From Bugula neritina (lineage: Eukaryota; Animalia; Bryozoa): DNA of 64,000 nt. Positions 39,766-51,745 of the stretch are shown here, piece by piece. The stretch's first letter is position 1. Each line of letters begins with the position of its first letter. Both the position numbers and the translations under genes were made by a program. The stretch lies in the NCBI GenBank assembly GCA_964035545.1, contig OZ037772.1, forward strand, positions 620,001 to 684,000, written 5' to 3'. The notes beneath the pieces are model-generated. The model was not told the origin of the DNA. It saw only the letters and a program-made list of their open reading frames with translations, and did no database searches.

Positions 39766-40883
39766 TTAACTGCGGGCCGCACGCTTCATGCGTTTAATAG
39801 ACTCCTGTAAATATTTGAGTTCACTGGAGGCTGCCTGTATCCGTGGGGCCAGCCTGTACACTTCTTGCTCCAAGTCATGCGCCCTAGCTTCTACCTCACG
39901 TAGGTTACGGGCCCAGGGGGATGAGCGAGAGGAAGTTGGCTGCCTGTGTCGTTTCCGCTCTGAGGATGGAAGAGGAGGAGGGAGTGTATACGCATTTGTG
40001 TCTACTCTCTGTAGTACGACACGAGGAAAGGTATGCGGCATGCGTACAGGACTGTGAGGTGGAGAGTTAGCAGACTGTGTAGGTTATCTGCGGCTCCAGA
40101 GATGATGGGTTGCGGGGAAGGGAAGCCTTGCTCCAGGCGAGATAGCCGAGCTGAGTCAGTGATGAGTGGTTTGATGGCGTTGAGAAAGGCAGGATATGAT
40201 GATTCGTCTACTTCATAGACATGTCCTTGATAGCACTGCATAGTACGTTGGTGCCGCAGTAGGTAATCACGATTATAGCTATATTCTCCGCAAGGGCAGA
40301 AAGTGGTGATGTAGTGCTGCGGCAAGTGCACCTTTAGTCTGCGGTGGGTTGTGAATCGCTGCTGGCAGAGGTTGCATTCACGATTACTCTCACCTCCTTG
40401 ATGGGTCCTGATTTCTCTCTCTGTGGCAGGGGTAATCCAGTTGGAGGTTGCTTCCAACTGGGGTGGTAGTTGCCTGGTGGTAGGAGTTGCTGGGGCCGGC
40501 TCTGGGTCCCATGCCATCTCTAGAGAAGGCATGTCCGTAGAGACGGGTGCGAGTGTGTCTACAAAAGTAGAATTATTGTTAGATCGCGGTGGATCTTTAC
40601 AACATAATTCTAGTGACTGTCGACCGTTGCTAGCCTGAGAGTCACAGCTTTTGGAATGCACTCGAGGAACTGATGAATCATGTGTGGACTGACCAAGAAC
40701 AGTGTCTAGCTCCAGGTCTAACAGACCGTCGGCCATTACAGTGTCTTCATCGTCATTCACATGAAACGTGGTTCCCAGTAATTCTGATTCAATCTGCAGA
40801 ATTTACTGGCATCGAGCCCGTTTCCATGAATAGGAATACAAGACTTATACTGGCTTACCTGGGAACTCGGTATTAATGTCCAT
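39766..40883 (-). CDS. Gypsy accessory ORF3: acidic N-region, two zinc fingers, C-terminal coiled coil (1-bp deletion near 40085; start uncertain)
   Basis: C-x2-C-x12-H-x3-H (CNLCQQRFTTHRRLKVHLPQH) and C-x-C-x12-H-x5-C in ORF 40002-40760; continues into ORF 39766-40041 (NLREVEARAHDLEQEVYRL..ELKYLQESIKRMK). Confidence 0.65.
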
Positions 40884-43800
40884 ACTCAACGTTCTTGGTA
40901 AGGTTGGAGCTGGTTGTGAGATACGTCTGCCTTTGGCGATGTCAGCATAAGAAAAGGCTGAGCATCGTTTCTGAGGCACGAGGTCGGAACTATTTGCTTT
41001 ACGCGTATTAATTCCTCCCACTATTCCGCCCTCGCAAAAGTTGATATTTGCGTGGGGTTCACAACTCCAACATTTTATCGTACGGTTTTCCCCTAGGCTT
41101 TCATATGCGCCGCTTCTAATGCAGTCACATATGAAGTCTTTCAAATACGGTGGGGGTTTCCTCGTACGCTGTCCCCTTTCTAGGGGGGGTGACACGCTTG
41201 CCGGTTCGTTAGTAGGGGCCTCTAATGGCGTCTCTACTTCACCGTTAGTGGTCACCTCTTCTTGTTCTCTGGATGGAGCCCCTCCCTCCGTGGGGGTTTG
41301 CACTTCCGGAACCGGCTCGGTTTCTGGAAGTGATGGAATTAGACTTGGCGGTGGCGGACACGCTTCTGTTGACAAAAGCTGCCGCTCCTCTCTCACCAAG
41401 TTTTCCTCCCGCGGTATGACCACTTCGTATTCAGGTCCATGCCGCCGTCGCCCGCGCGTCGTTGTCTGCCTCCTGGGCTCTAACAACGGGGGGGGCTTCT
41501 CCCACTCTGTCAGGGCTAGCCCAATACGGTTTCAAGCGAGACTCATTCTGGATAGACACCTGTCCTGAGCGCTCAATCTTGTACGTATGATTGGGCATAG
41601 CCTCGACGACCACGTAGGGGCCTACGAACTTAGGCTTCAGCTTATCAGCCTGTCCGCGGCGCCTACGGTAATTGACCATCCACACCTTATCTCCCCTTTG
41701 ATAGAGAGGGGGTTCATCGGAATCTTCGTGCCGCACCTTCCACTGCTGTTGACGCAGTATATCGTGTGCGGCCTTCATCCGTTCCACTAGTTCACTGGCA
41801 TACTCGTGAACCGAGTTGTCTTGCTCTGGAACGTGATAGGTGAGATGGTCGGGGACACGAGTCTCTCTCCCGAGCATCAAGAGGTTTGGGGTCTCACCAG
41901 TACTGGTGTGTGGGGTGCTACGATATGCACGCATGACTTGCGGCAACACCGTATCCCATTCCTCTTGACCTCGTCCAAGGAGGAGACTCCGGAGCGCATC
42001 ACCTAGCATCCGGTTGTTGCGCTCCACCACCCCGTTACCTTGAGGGTGGTAAGGGGTGGTCCTGCTCTGATTTACTCCCCAGAGGTGGCAAAGGTCGCTC
42101 ATCAGTTGAGACTGGAATTGAGCGCCTTGATCAGAGTGTATCTGTTCGGGAAGCCCAAAATAACAGAATACATGTTGGTCTAGTGCCCTGGCCACTGTTG
42201 GGGCTGATGCATCTGGGATAGCCAGAGCATCCGCCCACCTAGTAAAGTGGTCGGTTAGTACTAGGATCCAATTATTACCTCTGAGGGTCAGGGGCATGGG
42301 TCCGACCAGGTCTACAGCGACTACTTGCCAGGGCCTACCAGCATATAGCCTCCGCCGTCCTGCTTCACCAGGGGGGCGGCTATGCTTACTGGCCTGGCAG
42401 ATCTCACACTGTTTGACTCTGAGCCGGACGTCACGCTCCATCTGCGGCCAATACCACCGGAGTCGTAATTTGGATATCACTCGCTTGACCCCTGCGTGGG
42501 CCTGCTTGTGAGTATCCCAAATCAACTCACGGCGGATGGCTGTGGGGCAGACTACCCTCTTCCTTTCCGGGTGTCTGCCGCTGGCAGCTAGAGAGATGGT
42601 TAGCAACCCATCCTGCCCAATCCGCAGCGAGTCCCAACGCTGACAGTATAGCCGGAACTCGGCGCATCCCTGTCGTATGCGTTCCTCGCTGGGTCGTCGC
42701 CCTTCCCTTTTGGCCTGGTAGATGTCTGCCACGACTCCCGGCAGCTCTTCTTGGAGCTTCTTCAGCTCTCGAACATTACCGGCCAGTACAGGGTTGGCGC
42801 GGAGGTTTTGTACATCCTCCGGGGACTCATCAACTCTTTGCCTGAGTTGACCTTGATCCCAGTCAAACGGCGCTCCGTGATGAGCCAGCGTCTCCAACTC
42901 GCATCGTGGGGGACCTCCATCCCTCCTCTCGATGTTGAGACACTGTTTGCAACCTCCGTCAGGTCGGCGACTCAACCCATCCGCATTGCTGTGTCTCTTG
43001 CCCGGTCGGTGTTCGATCCGGTATGAGAATTCAGCTAGGATTTCGAGCCACCGGGCGACCTGACTGGAGGGCTCTGCTCTCCTGCACAACCAGATCAGCG
43101 AGGCATGATCCGTACGCAGCCGGAACTTCCTGCCATATAGGTATGGTCTGAAGTGCTTCACTGACTTGATTACTGCCAGCAGCTCCTTGCGGGTAGTGCA
43201 GTGATTTCGTTCAGCGGGAGAGAGAGACTTGCTGTAGTAGGCTACTACTACTTCTCGGCCTTCCTGCACTTGCGACAGCACAGCGCCAACATTCTGGTCA
43301 CTGGCGTCTGTGTCTAGGATGTACTCCAGAGTGGGGTCTGGGTAGGCCAAGATGGGCGCCGTTAGGAGGCAGCCCTTGAGGCGGTCGAACGCTTCTTGTT
43401 CGACTGGAGTGCACTGCCACGTCACTCCCTTTGCGGTAAGCCGGTTTAACGGCTGGGCTATGCCCGCAAAGTCTGGTATGTATTGCCTGTAATACCCTAC
43501 CAGCCCCAAGAAAGCCCGGAGTCCGGTCAAGTCTTGAGGGGTGACCCAGTCTTCTACTGCCCGTACCTTTTCGGGATCCGTTGCCACGCCGTTTCGACCG
43601 ACAACGTGCCCCAGGTACTTGACCTCCGGCTGCAACAGAGCGCACTTGGAAGGTTTGAGCTTAAGACCGGCACCTCGGAGTCTCTCGAAAACCTCTTGCA
43701 GACGACTGACATGTGTCTCGAAGTCTGGAGAGATTACGATGACATCATCGAGGTAGACCAGCAGTGTCTTCCAATGGAGTCCGCTAAGGACTTGTTCCAT

Positions 43801-45472
43801 CAGCCTCTGGAAGGTGGCTGGGGCGGAGGTTAACCCGAAGGGCAGCACCTTCCACTTCCACAAACCGTCCCGTGTAATAAACGCCGTTTTCTCTTGGGCG
43901 TCGGGACTCAGAGGAACCTGCCAATAGCCGCTTAGCAAGTCTAACGTACTGAAGTACTTGCTGCCGGCTAGGGCGTCCAATGACTCGTCAATACGAGGTA
44001 GAGGGTAGGCATCCTGTATGGTTACGCTATTGAGTTTGCGGTAGTCCACACAGAACCGCCAACTGCCGTCTTTCTTCCGGACCAGTACGACTGGCGAGCT
44101 CCACGCACTATGGGCGGGCTCTATCAGTCCCCGGTCCAGAAGATCCCGTACTTGTCGGCTAACCTCCTTCTCTTTCTCCGGCCCCAGCCTGCGCGTGGGC
44201 TGCCGGACAGGGACTGTCCCTGCAGTCAGCGGTATTTCGTGTCTGACAATTCCAGTCAGTCCCACGTCATTCTCCCCGCTGCTGAACACATCACCGTAGT
44301 CGCGTAGTAACTTGGCCATAGCTTGGCGTTCTCTGTTACTCGCGCAGCCGCCACTGGCTGTTTCGTATAACTCCCGGAGATGTGTCGGGACTGCCGCTCG
44401 CCCCTGAATAGGGTGTCGAGGGGGTGCCTCCGTCGCGTCACCCAGCGACGGGCCCACGTCCTCTTCCTGGACGGAATGGAACCGGCCCAGCATTGACCCA
44501 GCTGGGAGCTCAATGGGCTCGGTAAAGGGGTTGACGCACTGCACTAAGACCTCCCCTCGCTCAGTTAGTCGGTTTAAACTACTGGCGAGTTGGATCTTTT
44601 CGTGCGCGCTTTCAACGACCCCGAGCCTGGCTATCCGGTTGCTGTTCACTCGGCAGTGGATAGTAGCTCTGAAGCGTCCGGGTACAGTGCAGTTCCGAAC
44701 TACCTGAACACCGCCCACCAGAGGACGCCCAAACTTATCCACACAGGCGAGTTCTCGCCCGCCCATCAGCACCACCGACTTACTAAAATCTATTCGGCAC
44801 TGGTGTTGCTTCAAGAAGGGCATGCCGAGGATAGCATCTTCCTCCAGTTGACCTATGATAAAGGTCTCCTGTACAGCCTGATCTCGGACACGCCCAGGGA
44901 GCTCGATAATACCATAAAAGGGGATACATGACCCGTCTGCCAGGGTGCCATGTTCTCCAGTATACGGTCGTACTCTATCCCTGTCCCGGCGGGGCAGTGC
45001 CTCAAAGACTCTACGGCTGAGAAGGTTGGTAGTACAACCGGAGTCGAGCAGGAAAGTGACGGCGTTGCCGGCCACCTTTCCGGGTAGGAAATAGCTCTCT
45101 CCATGTGGTTGTACTTTCACCCCCCCCCGCATGTGCTGTCCTGGTTTGACAGGACGGCGGGGGTTTCACCCGTGGTTTACGGGGCTTCCGGCGGCGAGGT
45201 TGGTGCCGGCGGGGTTTGGGCCTCTCCACTGGGCCTTCTGGCTCCATTTCAGTGGCGGGCTCCTCCTCCCGAGGTAACCGGTGAAACCGGTTAGCGAGTG
45301 GCAGGGAAAAGGTACTGGGCCGTTGTGCGGGCCTACTAGTCCTGCGTGGTACCTGCCACTCGGGTAGAATGTTCCGCCGTGTCCGTACGGACAGACGACG
45401 GCGTGTTCCACCATACTCCTTTAGTTGCGGCCCGCGGGGAGGAAGAGTGTCCGCGGGCCGTGACAGTTTAAC
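40845..45472 (-). CDS. pol: Gypsy pol (protease, RT, RNase H, integrase) with two homopolymer +1 frameshifts
   Basis: Motifs LLDSG (PR), YLDD (RT), DTDAS (RH), H..AH..C..C, AVDLVGP/HSDQG/NGVVER and GPY (IN), tail RTRKPPPYLKDF. Extra base in C9 (45120-45128) and G8 (41488-41495). Confidence 0.92.
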
Positions 45473-46287
45473 GCCCCCTGGTATTGGGGTCGTCCTTTCT
45501 GTCTCTGGTCCTGATCAGCGCTACTCCAGCCTTGCCCCACAGGTGTTGGGGGCATCCGCAAGGCCTGACCGGGGCCAGCACCGGCCAGAATGGTTACCAA
45601 TTGTCCCAGCATCTCTACCATACGGTCCACTTCGGCTTCCAGCGGGAGGGCTTCGGAGCCTGTCGTAGCCCGAGCAGCGCTGACTCCAACTACTGGTGGG
45701 TTCCGCTGTGCTCGATGCATTTGGGTAGCCAACAGGTAAGCTTCTCCAGCCTTCAGGGCATCCTCTATTCTGGTTATCCCTTTAGCTCGTAGGTGATGGT
45801 CTAGGCCCAGGTCGTTTAGGGACTGGACAAAGGCGTCATAGGTGTAACGCTCTTGGTGTTGTGCTGGCAGATCGCTATATGCAATCTGCGCCAGCTTCTT
45901 CACCGTCGCGGCATGTTCTTGCAGCGAGGTCCGCGGGGTGCGGCACAATCTCTCCAGCTTGGTCCTAGCGTCTATGACGGAGGTGCCAAAACGGGCCCGC
46001 AGCGCAGCCAGTATGCCGTCTACGTCCGTTCCCACTCCGTACGGCTTGGCTTGCTCCGTCACCGCTCTCCGCAATTGAATGAGGGCCACTCTATGCGGCC
46101 ATTGAGCAACTTCCATTACCTCTCTAAATTCTTGTATAAATTGTTCGACATCTTCCGACCCAGTAAAGGTGGGAGCTTTCAAGTAATGTCTATAAGCTTC
46201 TTCTCCTTCATGATTCACAGGATTAACAGCATTTCTACGCTCACCTTCTACTGGGGGTGGTTGCATTCTAGCGTTTTCAGTCTCCAT
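45421..46287 (-). CDS. gag: Gypsy gag (capsid-like, no CCHC knuckle)
   Basis: 288-aa ORF directly after the PBS; APTFTGSEDVEQFIQEF..W capsid-like pattern. Confidence 0.85.
   Translation of the reverse strand: METENARMQPPPVEGERRNAVNPVNHEGEEAYRHYLKAPTFTGSEDVEQFIQEFREVMEVAQWPHRVALIQLRRAVTEQAKPYGVGTDVDGILAALRARFGTSVIDARTKLERLCRTPRTSLQEHAATVKKLAQIAYSDLPAQHQERYTYDAFVQSLNDLGLDHHLRAKGITRIEDALKAGEAYLLATQMHRAQRNPPVVGVSAARATTGSEALPLEAEVDRMVEMLGQLVTILAGAGPGQALRMPPTPVGQGWSSADQDQRQKGRPQYQGALNCHGPRTLFLPAGRN
45428..45472 (-). promoter_or_regulatory. Putative -1 ribosomal frameshift signal (G UUA AAC + 10-bp GC stem-loop)
   Basis: GTTAAAC in gag phase, a 5-nt spacer, then CGGCCCGCGG-13 nt-CCGCGGGCCG. The -1 frame is open downstream. 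Confidence 0.7.
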
Positions 46288-46301
46288 CTTTGATATACAC
46301 T

Positions 46302-46319
46302 ATCCCACCGCTGCCACCA
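46302..46319 (-). promoter_or_regulatory. Primer-binding site, tRNA-Leu
   Basis: TGGTGGCAGCGGTGGGAT is complementary to the 3' end (..AUCCCACCGCUGCCACCA) of eukaryotic tRNA-Leu(AAG-type), 1 nt from the 5' LTR. Confidence 0.85.
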
Positions 46320-46320
46320 C

Positions 46321-46625
46321 TGTTATAGTTTTCAGATTTAGGGTTGATGTGCCACCAAGAGAGTCTATTTAACACTAGAGAAACTTCACCAGTTAAGTCG
46401 AGTAGATATCGTTATATTTAATACAAGAATACATAATAAAAATCCAATGTACAACAGTAATGATACGCACGTCTATTTAGTTTACAGCACTATCCTCAAC
46501 TGAGCTAGTAGCGCGAAGCGGCTACTATTACTTATCAAACAGCTTAGCTAATTGGCTAATACATTGTTCCGGGTCAATACGCAACCTTGCGTATTGTGTT
46601 GCTGGTAGCTCCACGAGCCACCACA
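46321..46625 (-). repeat. Gypsy 5' LTR
   Basis: Partner of 39201-39505. Confidence 0.97.
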
Positions 46626-46895
46626 ATAGGTGGCAGAGGGGGGAGTTTTTATTGCACGGTCGGGCATGTTTTAAAAGCGTTACATGAGCATCCTATAATC
46701 CATACAATATGCTTACCAGCCTTTTTTAAAATATCATTAATCCGCCAGCTTTTCAGCTTTTTACTACCTAAATAGTACCATGTAATATATTCTTTAGTAG
46801 ATTTAAACATTTTATCTGAAGAGTGTATATTTTAACATACATGAAACTATTAGTAATAAAATGTTTTATCAATTTTAACTGTGTCATTTCAATTC

Positions 46896-47005
<110 letters not shown>

Positions 47006-48784
47006 GCCAAATATTTACTACAAAATTCAAAAATAGCATAAATTAAGTAGTATTACCGTGCCTATTTGCATCCAATTAACTAGTCTTACATTTATAGCAA
47101 CTGTAACGTATTTTGTGTATAATGGTTATTGCAAGCATTATTCAATTCATATTCACATTAAAATCACAGCGAAGCTTTAACTTTATAGCTTTGTATTCAT
47201 GTGCATGATTGAGTTTTAATTTTTCTTTTAATTTTATGTGCATTAAAAATGTGTTTAAAAACTTTACCAATAAAAAAAATTTAAAAAAATGTACACATAA
47301 AATAAAAAAAAAATAAAATAACAAAAGTGGCAAAGTTTTTCCTTTATAACTTATATAGACTCGCGGTACCAATCTCGGCATAATGGCGCCCATATGATTC
47401 CGTAAGATTTGCTAATGGCAACACTCTTAAATATACCACACTGAGCAAGGCTAGATAGAAATTAATGATCGATATTGACTCGCTAAGAGTACTCATGTAA
47501 ACCCGCAAACTACAACTTTTAACTTGACCGCAAAGCTGGAAGTACGATAAGCGTCGCCGTATTGATTTCAGGCGAATTTTAGTTGATTTCTTTCAAACTG
47601 ATGAGAAGTAATATTTGCTTCCATTTTATGTCTGTATCAGCCATCAGGGCTATCGCGATACAATTATAAATGTTCTTAATTCAATCAATATTATGAAATA
47701 ATTAATGTAGGAAATTCAATTTTGACTATATAGAATAATCTCAATCTGAATAAGTAATATTTATTTATTGTAACACTTGCACTTCGTCTTACTCTTAGTC
47801 TTACTCTTACAGTTACTCTTAGTCAAATAACATCAACATACTCATACTCAATCTCCAACTCAATCTCATACTGAGTCTGATACTCGTAGTCATAGTGATA
47901 GTCTTTGCCAGATTATTGCTAGATAATTTAGGCTAGTACTACTACTAGTAGTACTACTACTAGTAGTACTACTACTAGTACTAATAATCACAGTACTAAT
48001 AGTTAATGTTATAGTATTAGAGTAATACTAATACTAATAGTAATACTACCACTAGTAGTAGCAGTAGTGCTAGTAGTAGTAGGCTACATGATGATGATCA
48101 TTATGATTATGATTATGAAGATGGTTATTACTATAACTATTACGGTATGAGTATAACTATAACTGTATTGGTATTTGATTTTATTTTGCATTGCTAATTG
48201 AAGACCATGCGTTAAAATTAACTGTTTCTCTCTTTTCTAAGTTACATTTCAAGTTGCACACTAATAGACATATATGCTTTCAATTTTTTTGGTCTATCTT
48301 TAAGTTGTGAAACTTGACCAATATGACTACGACTAACTGTAACTAGAATAAAATATTGGATAATAGAGAAGTTCCATACAGTTACACCTCCTTTGACTTG
48401 TGCTACCATCGGTAGTGCTAAAAGAGTGGAGCCAAAAAAAAGCATAATCACAGAATTCACAGCCTGCTGGTTTGAGATTTTTGTGGTCTAGAGATTGTAC
48501 TGGGTTACAGAGATCTTTTTCCCCGTCTGTGAATTTTTGATCCCTGCGGTTGTTTCTGACTGTGAGTAGTTGGAGGTGTTGAGGGAGTGGGCTCACTGGG
48601 TAGGCTATATTATTGTAATCATATTAACCAACTTGACAGTTTACTAATTCATTGTCTAACTCTGTCTGTCTTAGTCTAGTAACACTATTTATTTATTTAC
48701 TTATTAATTTATTTATTTGACTAAATCTTGTCTGTCTTTGTCTAGTAACACTATTTATTTATTTATTTACTTATTAATTTAATT

Positions 48785-49202
48785 AAATTACTAGTTTATA
48801 TTACCAAGTTATATTACTAGTTTATATTACCAAGTTATATCACTAGTTTATGTTACCAAATTAAATTACTAGTTTATATTACCAAGTTATATTACCAAGT
48901 TGTATTACCAGTTTATGTTACCAAGTTATATTACTAGTTAATGTTACCAAGTTAAATTACTAGTTTATATTACCAAGTTGTATTACTAGTTTATATTACC
49001 GAATTATATTACTAGTTAATGTTACCAAGTTATATTACTAGTTAATGTTACCAAGTTATATTACCAGTTTATGTTACCAAGTTATATTACTAGTTAATGT
49101 TACCAAGTTAAATTACTAGTTTATATTACCAAGTTATATTACCAGTTTATATTACCAAGTTATATTACCAGTTTATGTTAGCAAGTTATATTACTAGTTT
49201 AT
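48785..49202. repeat. 26-bp (2x13-bp) minisatellite TTATATTACCAAG/TTATATTACTAGT
   Basis: Direct inspection. Confidence 0.9.
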
Positions 49203-49284
49203 ACTGCTAGTATTCAACAACTATTCTCCATCACATCTCAACTCTGACGCAACTGCACTGACTAAACATCCCTATAGTTTATAG

Positions 49285-50228
49285 TTTATGCTGAACTCTT
49301 CAGACCCTGAGAACTGTGCGTGTGGCTTCACCTGCGAGTGTGGTGCCTGTGTTGGGGTATGTGACTTTGACAGAGACTGTGGGAAGCTGCAGATCTGTTT
49401 GGAGAAAAGATGTTATCAGCAGGCCTCACCAGATGACAGAACAGTTGTCTGGGATCTTTATCACTCAGAACTAGTAGAATGTTCTTCAGGTTTGAATGCG
49501 AAATCTTTGTTCTAAACTCTATTGGAGTTTAAAAGTGTTGCTTTCTGTTGTACTTATATCTGTGCTGGCCAGGATTTTTGAATGATTTTTGTTATGTATT
49601 TACATAACAGAGTGTAACCTTAAAGCTGAATTTGCTTTATTTTCCACATATTTTGGTTTGCGATTTTTCAGTAGAAACGAGGCATCACACTTGGTGTGAT
49701 TATCAGCATTTTTTGCAGGTGCTTCTATCCGTGTACTGACAACACAGCCTGTCCTAGTGATGGACAAATCTGTCACCATGGTGTCTGTAAAGAAGGCTGT
49801 CAGGTGAGTAGTCGCTATGACCTACACTGCGAGTTATTGATGACTTTCATACTATGAGTTGTGACTACCTACTATAATTTATACTGCGAGTCCAAGTAGC
49901 TGCTGTAACTTATGCTGTGAGTCATGACTAACTGAAATCACTTATACTGTGAGTCATGACTAACTGATATCACTTATACTGTGAGTCAATTATCAAAAAT
50001 AGAGATATGTTGTGTATGTGAGATATGTGAGGTTATTTAGTGACTAGTTCGCTATTTATAGAGTTTTGTTTCTAATAATAGACTGTACTGAAGATGAACA
50101 ATGTGGATCTGAGTTTACTGAATGCATATCCAACATATGCTATCAGCTTTATCCTCTCAACAATCCAGATCTTTCTGATGCTGAGCAGGACAGACTGTTT
50201 GATGATCGGCTGGACCTACAGAATGATG
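49285..50228 (+). other. Cysteine-rich module exons upstream of collagen copy B
   Basis: Exons about 49285-49489 (CDFDRDCGKLQICLEKRC), 49719-49803 (CTDNTACPSDGQICHHGVC) and 50083-50228 (CTEDEQCGSEFTECISNIC), each open and bounded by AG/GT. Phases do not all join. Confidence 0.65.
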
Positions 50229-50231
50229 GTA

Positions 50232-51172
50232 AGTTACTCTGTTAGTACAGTTACTCTGTTAGTATAATTACTCTGTTAGTATAGTTACTCTGTTAGTATA
50301 GTTACTCTGTGAGTATAGTTACTCTGTTAGTACAGTTACTCTGTTAGTACAGTTACTCTGTTAGTACAGTTACTCTGTTAGTATAGTTACTCTGTTAGTA
50401 CAGTTACTCTGTTAGTATAGTTACTCTGTTAGTATAGTTACTCTGTTAGTATAGTTACTCTGTTAGTATAGTTACTCTGTTAGTATAGTTACTCTGTTAG
50501 TATAGTTACTCTGTTAGTACAGTTACTCTGTTAGTATAGTTACTCTGTTAGTATAATTACTCTGTTAGTATAGTTACTCTGTTAGTATAGTTACTCTGTT
50601 AGTACAGTTACTCTGTTAGTATAGTTACTCTGTTAGTATAATTACTCTGTTAGTATAGTTACTCTGTTAGTACAGTTACTCTGTTAGTATAGTTACTCTG
50701 TTAGTATAGTTACTCTGTTAGTACAGTTATTCTGTTAGTATAGTTACTCTGTTAGTATAGTTACTCTGTAAAGTTGTGTTTATACCTTCACGATTTTCGC
50801 TCAAAATTTCATTTTGGCCGGGTTGAAATTTCCCCGAGTTGCATTGCATTGTAAAAGCCACTCATAAAAATTTTTGTACTGTGGTAACTTAATTGGCCAA
50901 TTTCAGAATAGGAGTAATAACTCTTTGTAAACATCGTTATTTAGTTATTACTTTGGCGATTAGACAACGTACTTATACGGTTATAATTATATAGCCTACA
51001 CTTTCTCAATAATAACTTTTATGCTTTCCGCTTCACTAATTCAGTACGTTTACAAACGGCATCAAATAGCTATTATGCGAGTCAAATTTCAATTTCAGAA
51101 AGTCAGCTGTTAGTATAGTTACTCTGTTAGTATAGTTACTCTGTTAGTATAATTACTCTGTTAGTATAATTA
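50232..51172. repeat. 17-bp minisatellite (AGTTACTCTGTTAGTAT), interrupted by an unrelated about 330-bp insert (about 50770-51105)
   Basis: Direct inspection. Confidence 0.9.
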
Positions 51173-51297
51173 CAGTAAAAGTTTGCTAGTCATAATAACT
51201 TGCACTGTTAGTTGCTGGACAAGTTATTCTACATCTCTTGTAGCCACAACCAAAGTGGTGTCTATATATCCTGCTAGTGACTTGAGTAATGACTCAT

Positions 51298-51745
51298 ATG
51301 TAATTGAAATTAATTACATATCTAATGTAATTGATTTTTGCAATTACTTTACAGTTGCATCTCATTTACTTTAAACTTTTAAATCTTAAAAAATTTATTC
51401 TTTTTTAGCATGACTACTGTTAAATAACAAGTACAGATTAAGTCAATGTAGTATAGTATCACTTTTGAGAACAAAGCATGTTCACCACTGTCAAAATTGC
51501 CCCTGCTAGGTGGACCCTAGAGGTGAAATTGCATAACTTCCATTTGTCCTTTGTGAGAACAAAAGTAATTGTAATTGTAATTATTTGCATTGCCATGTAA
51601 TTGTAATTAATTGCTTTACAATGTAGTTTTGTACTGTAATTAATTACATTTATTTCAACTGTAATTATAATTATAATTGTAATTGACAAATTATCATGTA
51701 ATTGTAATTAATTACATTCACATGTAATTGACCCCAACAACCCTG
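51298..51745 (+). mobile_element. Right-end fragment of the (GTAATT)n hAT-type MITE
   Basis: Ends GTAATTGACCCCAACAACCCTG; same family as 32901-34029. Confidence 0.75.

Larger units (their letters stand above)
39201..46625 (-). mobile_element. Full-length Ty3/gypsy LTR retrotransposon (7425 bp)
   Basis: Two 305-bp LTRs (39201-39505, 46321-46625), TG..CA ends, one mismatch. 4-bp TSD ATAG. PBS, PPT (GCTGGAGGGGGCAG, 39506-39519) and gag-PR-RT-RH-IN order all present. Confidence 0.97.

Noticed and set aside
39766-40883. env gene / errantivirus call
   Set aside because: No signal peptide or transmembrane segment visible; zinc-finger motifs instead.
41041-46293. Plus-strand ORFs within the gypsy element
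   Set aside because: Antisense shadows of GC-rich gag-pol with no recognisable motifs.
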